NCBI GenBank assembly: GCA_013416795.1
Contig: RQSC01000053.1
Coordinates: forward strand, 1 to 58,723
Length of the DNA stretch: 58,723 bases
Direction of reading: 5' to 3'
Source: Prasinococcaceae sp. CCMP 1430
Lineage: Eukaryota; Plantae; Prasinodermophyta
Below are positions 41,898 to 52,500 of the stretch, one piece after another. Each line of letters opens with the position of its first letter. Position 1 is the first letter of the stretch. The position numbers and the translations under genes are program-made. Under the pieces are notes generated by a model that searched no databases, was not told the DNA's origin, and worked only from the letters and a program-made list of their open reading frames with translations.

Positions 41898-42063
41898 GGC
41901 CGCTGCCCGTCGCCGCCCGCCGGCGCGCCGGCAGTGTGGCCGCCTCCGCCCTGGGCCGCGCGCACGGGCTGCCGCGTGTGGCCCCACGCCCACCGCCCCC
42001 CTCCTCTCTGCGCGCGCGCTCCCCCCCCCAACAGAGCGCGTTTTTTGGTTCGCCCGTGGCCGC

Positions 42064-42767
42064 TTTCCCGCCCTTTCTTTTCGGCTCCGCGCGTTCGGGC
42101 GTCGCGCGCCTGCGCGATGATGCGCTTTCCGCCCCGCGTTTCGCGCGCGCGCTCCGGCGGCAACCCGAGCGCATGAGCTTTTGAATGGGTGCCGTTTCGA
42201 AAACGCCGCCGCGCGAGGCTCGGTCGAAACGCGCACACGCGGATGCAATGCAAGCGTAAGAGGGGGGGGCGTGGGGTGGCTGCCATCCAGAGGGCCCTGG
42301 GCCGGCCAGCTGGTGCTGGCCAGCGCGGGGGGCGCGTCGCGCGCAGAGCGCGCGCCGCGCGGCGGGAGGGGGAGGCAGGGGGGGGGCGGGCAGTGCGAAA
42401 CTCACCCTCCTTCCGCGAAATTACGCGGAACGAGGAAGGCCAAAGGCGCACCAATGCCGCGCGCTCGGAGGGTCTTTTCCCCACGCACGCGCCCGAATTC
42501 CGCACCGCGAGGACGGCGCGGCGCGCGCCGAAACCGCCGCCGGCGAAACGCGCCTTTTCCCGCCCGCGAAAAAGAAGCGCGCGCGCGCGCGCGCGGCAGT
42601 TGGTCCCGGCACGCTCCCCCCCTTTTTTTTTTTGAAAGGGCGCGCGCCGACCGCGGCGCCGCGCGCGCCTGCGCGCCCCGCCAACAGCCGCCTCGCCTTC
42701 AAACGCCTCTTCTTCCGGAACGGCGGGGGCGAATTTTCGCCGGCCCCCGAAAACGCGTTTTTCCCGC
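42064..42767. promoter_or_regulatory. Cluster of E2F-type sites in the RAD21/helicase divergent promoter
   Basis: TTTCCCGC at 42064, 42556, 42760; TTTCGCGC at 42139; TTTCGCGG on - strand at 42413 and 42564. Confidence 0.5.
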
Positions 42768-43460
42768 CCGAACGAGGACGAGGCCGCCATCAAAGCGCAT
42801 GGAAACGAGCACGACGCGAGCGCCTTCAATCGAGCCTGCCCCTGATGAGACACCATCGCGATGGCATTGTATGGGTACAGCACACCCATCCGATGGTGTT
42901 GTACGTACGTACCATCATCGGGTGGTAATGGTATCGTACCGCACCACGCGCATCGGGCGCGGAAAGCGAGGCCTTGCTCGCCTGCCTGCGGCGTTCGGTT
43001 GATGATCGGGCCAGCACCGCACCCGCCCGGGGAGCTGGAATAGGAGTGGGAATATTAGACCGGCCAACACATCCAGGGGGTCAAAACCGAGGCTGAGACC
43101 CGCACCCCCGCGCATCGCTACGCGCGCGCGTCGCATCGGAGTCGTGTGTGGGTGTGCGTCGGGCTTCGGGCGCGCCCCGCTCGCGCCGCGGGCGGGACGG
43201 GATTTTCACAAACCCTTCTTGGGAGGGGGATTTCGACCCCGAATGGGCTCGATCGATCGCCTGTTGTGCGCTTCGCGTTTTGTTGCGCGCTGGCTGGGGT
43301 GGGGGAAAGTGAGATTTTGATCGGAGGGAGCCGCGAACTACCGAGGAACCGACCGAGGGAGATTCCGGGGCGGGCAGTGTTACCCCCGGTTGGAAACGGA
43401 GCTGTTTGGGGCACGCCGTTGGCGCGCCACGCGGGCGCGGTGCGGCCGGGGCGCGGTGGG

Positions 43461-45610
43461 ATGAGGATGAGGGCTGTGGCGCGTGCTTGCCACGCGCGGC
43501 GATTGAGGCGCGCGCGGGCACTGTCAGGGGCAGCGGAGCGCGAGGAGGGGGCCGGGGGCGAGCGCGCCGGCGGCGAGCTGCAGCGCCGCCGCGCGGATCT
43601 GAACTCGCTGTACACGCGACTCACGGCCGCGCTGCGCACGGAGGACTACGAGGCCGCGGCAGCCCTGCGCGACGCCATCGCGGCCGAGCGCGGCCTGCCC
43701 GCAGGCGCGACCGGCTCCGCGCCAGGCGCCGTCACCGACTGGAGGCTCACCGCAGGCCTCCCCGAGTGGCTCGCGGACAGGCTCGAGAGGATGGGCTTCG
43801 CGGCGCCCACAGCGGTCCAGGCGGAGGCACTCAAGGCGCTCGCGCCGTGCGCGGTACGAGCGCGCGCGCAGGGCGGGGCGATGCCGCGCCGCCCCCTCCT
43901 GCTGGCGCGCATGCGCTCGCCGCGACCACCCGCCCGCCGCGCGATCGCGCCCGCTGACGCCTGCCCGCGTCCCACCTCGTCCAATCCAACGCGCTCCCTC
44001 ATGCGCCCCGCTCACCAGGGGGCGCGCGGCCACTACGAGGGCGATCCGTTCGGCTCAGATGGCTTCATCTCGGCGTGCCCGGGCAGCGGCAAGACCCTGG
44101 CGTACCTCGTGCCAGCGCTCGCCAACCTCACGCCGAACCTCGAGAGCGTGTCAGAGATCTGCCGGGAGGGCGGCACATCGCTCGTCCAGCCCCTGGTCGT
44201 CATTTGCGTGCCGACCAAGGTACGTACGCGCGTGCACTCCTGCGCTCGCTCGCGGGCGCGCCGTGTGCGAGCCCGTGCGCGCGCCGCGGCCGTGCGAGCG
44301 CCACCCCTGACCGCCTCGCCCGCGCGCGCGCGCAGGAGCTGGGCGCGCAGCTGGCGCTGCTCATTTGGCGCCTGTTGGGCGGCAACACGACGTCCGCCGA
44401 ATCGCGCGGCCCCGGCGACGCGACCAACATGTTCCAGTACATGGGCCCGCGCGGCGTGCGCGTGGTGGGCATGCTCGACGACGACGACGTGACGCGCGCC
44501 ACGGAGGACTGCCTGCTTGACGGCGCGAGCATCGTCGTGGGACGCCCCGACGTGCTCAATGAGGCCTACCAGCGCGGCGCTCTTGACATGCCCTCGGTGC
44601 AGTACCTGGTGGTTGACGAGGCCGACGAGTGCCTCTCGCGCCACTACGACGCGGTCGCGGCGCTGCTGGCCAGCCCGCCGGGCGGCCCGCGGCAGACGGT
44701 GCTGTGCGGCGCGACCGTGCCGCGCACGCTGCGGCAGGCGGCCGTGCGGTCGCAATGGGTCATCGGCGAGCCCGCCCTCATCTCGGACAGGCCACTCGCC
44801 GCGGCGCGCGCTGCGGAGAGTGAGCGCGGCGCCGCGGAGGATGGCGAGGGCACCGGCGAGGGGGCCGAGGGCGGCGCCAGCGACTCGGACGAGGGCGCGG
44901 GCGAGCACGCGCTGTGGGAGCTCCCCTCGAGCATCACGCACCGCGCGGTGGTGGCTGACAGCGGGCGCACACTTGTGACGCTCACACGGCTGATGCGCGC
45001 GGACTGCGAGGCGGCGGCGGCGGCGGGCACCGAGCCACCGCGCACGGTCGTGTATGTGGCCGCCGAGGAGGAGGCCGCGCTTGTGGCCACCGCACTGCGC
45101 AAGGCGCTTTGGGGGCATCACACGATTCTCGCGCTGCTGCCTTCGGGGGTGGCGCCGCTTCGCACGCTCGAGATGTTCAGGGACGGCGCAGGCACGGCGC
45201 TGGTGGCGACGCCCTCGTCGAGTCGCGGCCTGGACTTCCCACGTGTCGCCCGTGTGTATCTGCTGTGGAGCGGCATCCACGCCACCGATCTGGATGCGCT
45301 GCTGCCCGCGGACGAGGCGCTCGCCGCGCGCGTGGAGGAGTCTGTCGCGAGCGCCGACAAGTCGCCGTGGGGCGAGAAGGACTACGTGCACGCCGCGGGG
45401 CGCACGGGGCGCATCGGCAACGCGGCGCAGGGCGTCGTCACGACGCTGTGCACATCGCGCGCGGAGCTCGAGGCCGTGGAGGCGGTAGGGCGCGTGGTGG
45501 GCGTCGACCTCGAGGAGATCGAGCCGCCCGAGTTCGATGCAACGAGCGTCGACGCGCTGAACGACCTCTTCTACCTGCTCGGGCCGCAGAGCGCGCAGGC
45601 GGACGAGTGA
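43461..45610 (+). CDS. DEAD-box RNA helicase (probably organellar) with N-terminal UVR coiled-coil; join(43461..43853,44019..44219,44336..45610)
   Basis: Q motif MGFAAPTAVQ, PGSGKT, VPTK|ELGAQ, LVVDEAD, CGAT, RGLDF, YVHAAGRTGRIG; UVR-like LTAALRTEDYEAAAALRDAI; Arg/Ala-rich presequence. Confidence 0.88.
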
Positions 45611-45704
45611 GCGAGGGGGGGCTGCGTGCGTGTTGGACGCGTCACTATAGACTACGGCCGCGCGCCCTAGATTTTGTAGTACACACACACGTCGCCTACG
45701 CTTT

Positions 45705-45709
45705 TTACA
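45705..45709 (-). terminator. Putative UGUAA polyadenylation signal of PIMT
   Basis: TTACA on + strand, 33 nt past the PIMT stop. Confidence 0.4.
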
Positions 45710-45741
45710 GGAGCTCTGGCCCGCGCGCTGTCTCCGTGCGG

Positions 45742-46562
45742 TCACGCTTTGGCGAGCTGGTAGTCCTTATCGCACAGCGGCACGTATATCACGCCCATGG
45801 CCGTCCACTCTTCGACCTCTCCTGTGCTCGCAGAGCGGTCGTAGACCTTTAGCTCTTGGCCGCCGCCCTCGGGCCCAACCGGCACCACGAGTCGCCCACC
45901 CTTGGCAAGCTGCGCGATGAGCGCATCGGGCCGCACAGGGCTGGCGGCGCCCACGTGGATGGCGTCGTACGGCGCGCGCGCCGAATAGCCCTGCGGTCAA
46001 AGAGAGAGAGCGCGCAGACGAGCGTCAGTCAGCGCGATGTGCTCGTCGCTCCGAGAAAGCTCGCTGGCGGGGGCGCCCTTTGCCGCACCTGCCGCCCGTC
46101 CCCGCATACGAGCTCCAGCGCACCGTCCTGCTCGAGCTCGTGCGCGGCGGGGTCGGCTCGCACGTTGCGGCGCGACCCCTCGACGAGCGCGTCGATGTGG
46201 TCGATACCCACGGCGACCCCGCTTGAATCGCCCCGAGCGCCGGTGCCGCGCACCATGTGCGCCATGCACGCTGTGAGATAGCCTGTGCCACTGCCAACGT
46301 CGAGCGCGGCCGCGCCGGGCCTCAGCTGCGCCTCGAGGAGATCCAGCGCGGCGGCGTGCATGTGCGGGGCGGAGATGGTCACGCCGTGCCCGATGGGCTG
46401 CGGCGCATCTTCGTACGCGCTCCCCGCGCGGCCCCGCGGCAAGTAATGGCCGCGATCGACGGCACGCATCGCCGCAGCCGCGCGCTCCGAGCGCAGCACG
46501 CCGTTGCGCGCGAGCGCGTCCGCCAGCGAGGCAGCGTCGTGGCCGTGCGAGCGCCACGCCAT
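45742..46562 (-). CDS. PIMT: Protein-L-isoaspartate O-methyltransferase; complement join(45742..45990,46089..46562)
   Basis: [58 protein letters not shown]|[37 protein letters not shown]. Confidence 0.96.
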
Positions 46563-47098
46563 GGCGAGCCCCACGCGGCGTGCTCGCGCGGGGCCAGGCG
46601 GCCGGGATGCGCGGCGCGCGCGCGGCGTGAGTAGCGCCTCCACCGCCGCCGTGGCTGCAGACGCGCGCGCCGCAAGCTCCAGGCCGCTGCGCGGCGCCGC
46701 GTGCCCGCGCTGTGGGCGACCGGGGGGGGGGGGGAAGGGCTGTGGCGGTTGGCGCCAGCTCAGCGCGCGGTACCGTCACGATAGGCTACAAACACACACA
46801 CAAAAAAATCGACCCCACAAAGAAGTCTACGGAAATGGTATCGCAATCTCTGGCTGAGGTTGGCGGAGATCGCCGCGGATCGCGCACGAGTGGCAGGCAG
46901 CGCGCCGCGCCGGCGGTGCGCCACGTGGCGCGCGGCGCCGCCCGGTGGGGGGTGAGCGTGACAGGAGGAGGGGCGGCGGCGGGCGGCGCGGCCGACGCGC
47001 ACACAGCTGTGTTGACGCAGGCGCCAGAAGGCACGAGTGTCGGTCAGCGGCGTCCGCCCCCCCTGGGGGAGTGGGCCGGGGCCGCCTCCGCGCGCGAT

Positions 47099-48658
47099 AT
47101 GGCCGCTGCCGCCGCATCCATCGCGCGCGGCGGGCGGCGCGCGGCAGCGCCGAGTCAGGCGGCGCGAGCCGCCAGGCCACGCGCAGCGGCGCTTGTTGCC
47201 GCCGCGCAGGCTGGGGCGAAGACGGAGGTAAAGGGGGGCGCTCAGGAGGCTGGCGAGGAGCAGGAGGAGTACGAGGAGGAGGAGCTGCGCAAGCAGGAAG
47301 CCTTCGCCCGATGGCGCGTGTCGAACGGCGTGGAGAGCCCGCTGCTGCGCGTGGCGCCGCTGCCCGGGGGCGGCCGCGGGACGCTCGCCACACAAGACGT
47401 GCGCCGAGGCGACGTGCTCGTGTCACTGCCGCGAGCCGCCTCGATCTCTGTCGAGATACCCGAGCGCGACGCGCATCCGTGTTCGCGCGCGGTCGGCGCG
47501 GCGGTGTGGTCCGAGCTGCCGCCGAAGGCGCGGCTGGCGCTCGCACTGGTGGAGGAGCGGCGCGCGGGCGCCGCGGCGCCGCGCGCGCCGTACGTGGATC
47601 AGCTGCCCTCTGGCGCGCGCGCTCCTGACCTCCCGCCGCTGTGGAGCGACGACGAGCTTGCGTGGCTTGGCTACGCGCCCGTGGCGCACGCCGCGCGGCT
47701 GCTGCGGAGCGAGTGGGAGCGCTCGGTCGCGTCGTGCGCGAGTGCGGCTAGCGACAGCGAGATGCTCTGGGCGCTGGCTTGCGTCGAGTCTCGCGTCTTC
47801 AGCGGGACCCTCTCCGAGGGCGCTGCCGATGTGTTGCCGCGCGCAGCAGCGGCCGTGGCCGCGGCCCTTGTTGCCGCCGGTGCGGCGGGCACGGACGCGC
47901 CCACGCGCCTCGCAGGTGCCGCGGTCGTCATTGCTCTCGCGGTCCGAGAGCTCGGCGTCTTCAGCCCCGAGGAGGAAGGCGGTCGCGCGCCGGGCCTCGG
48001 GGGCGGAGCGCGCACTCTGTACGGCCTGATGCCCATGGTGGACGCGATCAACTCAAAGTCGCGCTCGGCGACGAACTTCGCATACGACGCGCGATCCGAC
48101 ACCTTCGTGGTCCGGGCGGACGAGAACTTCACCAAAGCGGGCGAAGAGGTGAGCATTTCCTACGGCCCCCTCAGCAACGACGAGTTGCTCGTGCGGTACG
48201 GCTTCGTAGAGGAGGGGAATCCATGCGACGTCTACGAATTCTCCGACCTGCTCGACGCCGTCAGGGACGCGTACGCGCCCGCCGCCCGCGTCGACGATCC
48301 GCGCGCACGCGCCATGCTGAACGAGCGCGGCCTTCTCGCGCCTGCCATGCGGGCGCGCATCGACGCGAGTGGGAGGCTGATCGATCGCGCACGCGTGGAG
48401 CGCGCCGTCGCGCTGTACCTCAGCGAGGATTGTGCCGAGGCAGCGAGCGACGGCAGCGATTCGGCGGCAATCGCGCGCGCTCGCGAGGCGCTCCGAGCGG
48501 CCGCCGTCAGCGCTGAAGCAGTCCTGATGCGCGTCGATGCCGACGCCGGCGCCGACGCCGAAACGGGTGCGGGCCGCCTCGCCGCCCGCGCGCGCCTCGC
48601 GCGCGCGTTCCGCGCTGAGAAGCGGCGCGTGCTGCGCGCAGCCCTGCAGGCCTGGTAG
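47099..48658 (+). CDS. SET-domain lysine methyltransferase, Rubisco-LSMT-like, probably plastid-targeted
   Basis: Transit-peptide-like N-terminus, GRGTLATQDVRRGDVLVSLP, PYVDQLP, PPLWSDDELAWL, LMPMVDAIN, EVSISYG, NDELLVRYGFV. Confidence 0.87.
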   Translation: MAAAAASIARGGRRAAAPSQAARAARPRAAALVAAAQAGAKTEVKGGAQEAGEEQEEYEEEELRKQEAFARWRVSNGVESPLLRVAPLPGGGRGTLATQDVRRGDVLVSLPRAASISVEIPERDAHPCSRAVGAAVWSELPPKARLALALVEERRAGAAAPRAPYVDQLPSGARAPDLPPLWSDDELAWLGYAPVAHAARLLRSEWERSVASCASAASDSEMLWALACVESRVFSGTLSEGAADVLPRAAAAVAAALVAAGAAGTDAPTRLAGAAVVIALAVRELGVFSPEEEGGRAPGLGGGARTLYGLMPMVDAINSKSRSATNFAYDARSDTFVVRADENFTKAGEEVSISYGPLSNDELLVRYGFVEEGNPCDVYEFSDLLDAVRDAYAPAARVDDPRARAMLNERGLLAPAMRARIDASGRLIDRARVERAVALYLSEDCAEAASDGSDSAAIARAREALRAAAVSAEAVLMRVDADAGADAETGAGRLAARARLARAFRAEKRRVLRAALQAW

Positions 48659-49551
48659 AGGGCGGCCGCCGTGACGGGGCGCGGTGGTGTTCCCGATGGG
48701 GCTCCCGTGAGGCAGCGAAGTCCTCGAGCGCGCCGTGCTGCGAGGACAGAGAGGCCCGCGCGCCGCGCCGCGCCGCGAGGACGGCGTCCGTCGCGCGCCC
48801 AATTCGACCGCAGACATTTTAATTTTCGCTTCAAGCCATTTCGCGTATCGCTCGCCGTGGAATCGCCCTCGGCGGCTGTGCATTCCGACCTGTCCAACCA
48901 TCCCTCCGCCGCGAATTCGCTTCGTGGGCTCGCTGAAGCGCCATCAAACTCCTACGGCAACTCGCCCGTGGGCTAATTTTAATTGCGGACGCGCGTGGTT
49001 GGCTCGATCGGCAGCCGCGCCGCCGCAGCTGGCAGCCTTCGTGCCGCAGGTGGCGCGCTTGCTCGGAATTTACCCACGGGAGAGTCACGTTGATGGCGTC
49101 TCGGATGCCGCGCCCGCCGGGCCGCAGACGGCGGCGAGCGGCGCCGATCGCGGATTGCGGCGGCAGGGGGAGCGGAGCGGGGCAGGGACGCTGGCTGGGC
49201 CCAGCAGAGGACGCCTTGGTAGAGCTTGCGCGTCGCTCGATTGCCGTCGACGCTCTCGCTTAATCCCTTCCGACACGCCTGGAGCCCCCCTGCCGCCGCG
49301 CGCCGCGCCGCGCCGCCGATCGGCGCCCAACACCCCCCCGCTTCTCCGGCCGCGTTTCACGGTTTCGCTTTCGCCGCGCGCGGCGCCGCGACTCCCCCGC
49401 TCTCTCCTGCGTTTCAACCTGTGACGCACGGCGCCACGGCCGCACACCAGCGCGCCCCCCTCCGGCGATTCTTTCGGTTCCCTGCCACCCCCAACACACA
49501 CACGTACTGTACTCGTCAAAAAAAAAGGGGAAAAGGAAAAAGAACCCCAAA

Positions 49552-52500
49552 ATGCGGATCGACGCCGCGGCGCCGGCGGCGAACGCGCCATCAGAACGCA
49601 CCGTCCGCGCGACGGACGCTCGCGCCTGTGCTGCGCGGTTGGCGGAACAGGATATTGAAAGCGAAACCGTGAAAGCGAAACCGATATTTTCCGCGGCGCC
49701 GGCCGGGACGCAACGGGCAGAGAGAGGTTCTCAGGCAGGCAGGCAGTACTGCGAATTTGGATCATTTCATGGGCGTGCGACCAGCAACGGACGTGCGGGG
49801 GGAGTGACTGGAGGAGCAGACTGGGAGGAAGATCCGGGGATCGATCGATGGAACGAGCACGCCCGCGGCGGAAAAACAAGCGCGCGCGCGGGTGGCCGCT
49901 GCGCGCGGAGGTTGGATCGGGGCGCAGGGTCCGAGGCGCGCGGCGCGTCCGCGCGCCGCGACCTGCTGCTGGCGATCCAGCGCGACGCGCAGCAGCGATG
50001 GGACGCCGGCAAGGTGTTCGAGGTGGACGCGCCCGAGGGCGCCGAGGGGGCACCGGGCGAGAAGTACTTCGCCAACTTCCCCTACCCGTACATGAACGGC
50101 CTGCTGCACCTCGGCCACGCGTTCTCGCTCTCCAAGGTCGAGTTCGCGACCGCGTTCCACAGGCTGCTCGGCGAGAAGGTGCTCTTCCCGCAGGGCTTCC
50201 ACTGCACGGGCATGCCCATCAAGGCGTGCGCCGACAAGATCAAACGCGAGATTGAGATGTACGGCAATCCTCCGGTGTTCCCCTCTGACGAGGAGAGGGA
50301 GGCTGAGGCCGCCGCCAAGGAGGCCGCCAAGGCCAAGGCGGCCGCCGCCGCGGAGCCCAAGGCCGACCCCACCAAGTTCAAGGCCACCAAGGGCAAGGCC
50401 GCCGCCAAGAAGGGCGTGGGCGCCACGCAGTGGGAAATCATGAGGATGAGCGGCATCCCCGACGAGGAGATCGCTGCCTTCGCCGACTCGCTGCACTGGC
50501 TGAACTACTTCCCGCCGCTCGCCAAGCGCGACTTGACCGCGATGGGCTGCGGCATCGACTGGAGGCGCTCCTTCATCACCACGGACGTCAACCCGTACTA
50601 CGACGCCTTCGTGCGCTGGCAGTTCAACAAGCTGAAGGCCCAGGCCAAGGTGGTCAAGGCCACGCGCTACGCCGTGTACTCGCCCATCGACGGTCAGCCG
50701 TGCGCCGACCACGACCGCGCGTCAGGCGAGGGCGTGCAGCCGCAGGAGTACGTGCTCATCAAGATGCAGGTGCTCGAGCTCCCGGACGCGCTCAAGACCG
50801 CGTGCGCGGGCAAGGAGGGCAAGGTCTTCTTCGCGGCGGCCACGCTGCGCCCGGAGACCATGTACGGCCAGACCAACTGCTGGATCCTGCCCGACGGCGA
50901 CTACGGCGCGTACGAGATGGCCAGCGGCGAGGTGTTCGTCATGGGCGAGCACGCGGCGCGCAACGCCTCGTACCAGCTGATGTCCGCCGAGTGGGGCGTG
51001 CCCAAGCGCCTCGCCAGCTTTAAGGGCGCGGCGATGCTCGGCGTCCCGCTCAAGGCCGCGCTCGCCGTCAACCAGCGCATCTACTGCCTGCCGATGATGA
51101 CCATCCTGATGGACAAGGGCACGGGCGTGGTGACCAGCGTGCCGGCGGACGCGCCGGACGACTACATGGCGCTGCAAGACCTCAAGAACAAGCCCGCACT
51201 GCGCGAGAAGTACGGCATCAAGGACGAGTGGGTGATGCCGTTCGAGGTGATCCCCATCATCCGCATTCCAGACTTCGATGAGGACGGCGAGACCACCACG
51301 TCGGCGGTGCACATGTGCACCAAGCTGGGCATCAAGTCGCAGAACGACAAGGTCAAGCTGGCCGAGGCCAAGAAAGCCACCTACCTCAGGGGCTTCAACG
51401 ACGGCGTGCTCATGGTGGGCGAGCACGCGGGCACCAAGGTCGCCGAGGCCAAGGCCGTCATCAAGAAGGAGCTCGTCGATGCGGGCTGGGCCGCGCTGTA
51501 CGCCGAGCCCGAGTCGCCGGTCATGTCGCGCTCGGGCGACCTGTGCGTGGTGGCGCTCACCGACCAGTGGTACCTCACGTACGGAGAGACCAACTGGCGC
51601 GCGCAGGCCGAGGCGTGCCTCAAGGACATGGAGACGTACCATCCTGAGTGCCGCAGCCAGTTCGAACACACGCTCGGCTGGCTCTCGCAGTGGGCGTGCT
51701 CGCGCTCCTTCGGGCTCGGCACGTGGCTGCCGTGGGACGACCAGTATCTCATCGAGAGTCTGTCAGACTCGACCATCTATATGGCGTACTACACTGTGGC
51801 GCACCTCATCCAGAACGGCGAGATGTACGGCAAGGACAAGTCGCAGGTGGACGCGGCCGACCTCACAGACGACGTGTGGGACTACGCGTTCCAGGACGGT
51901 CCCGTCCCCGCGCGCGTGGCGAGCGGCGAGAGCTCGCTGAGCATGGAGACGCTTGCGGCCATGCGCCGCGAGTTCCGCTTCTTCTACCCCTTCGACCTGC
52001 GCGTGTCCGGCAAGGACCTCATTCAGAACCACCTCACCTTCGCGCTGTACAACCACGTTGCGCTGTTTCCGAAGAAGCACTGGCCGCTCGGGTACCGCTG
52101 CAACGGCCACCTGATGCTCGATGGCGAGAAGATGTCCAAGTCGACGGGCAACTTCAAGACGCTGCAGCAGGCCATCGACCTGTACTCGGCGGACGCCATG
52201 CGCTTCGCGCTGGCGGACGCGGGCGATACCATGGACGACGCCAACTTCGAGGACGCCACGGCCAACAACGCCATCCTGCGCCTCACGAAGGAGCTCGCGT
52301 GGGCGGAGGACACGATTGCGGCCGCGCCGACCATGCGCGACGGCGAGCTCACCTTCGCCGACAAGATTTTTGAGAACGACATCAACAAGGCGGTCGCGGA
52401 GACGCGCACGCGGTACGAGTCGATGATGTTCCGCGAGGCGATGCAGTCGGGCTTCTACGCGATGCAAAACGCGCGCGACCTGTGGCGCGCCGCGTGCGGC

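Noticed and set aside
48830-49000. AT-richer stretch with AATTTTAA resembling an Sm site (possible snRNA)
   Set aside because: No U1/U2/U4/U5 or SRP signature recognised; consistent with ordinary UTR or promoter sequence.
49552-49926. 125-aa N-terminal extension of LeuRS as an organellar targeting peptide
   Set aside because: Composition looks like UTR or intron and a CAG acceptor lies at 49927; the true start could not be determined.
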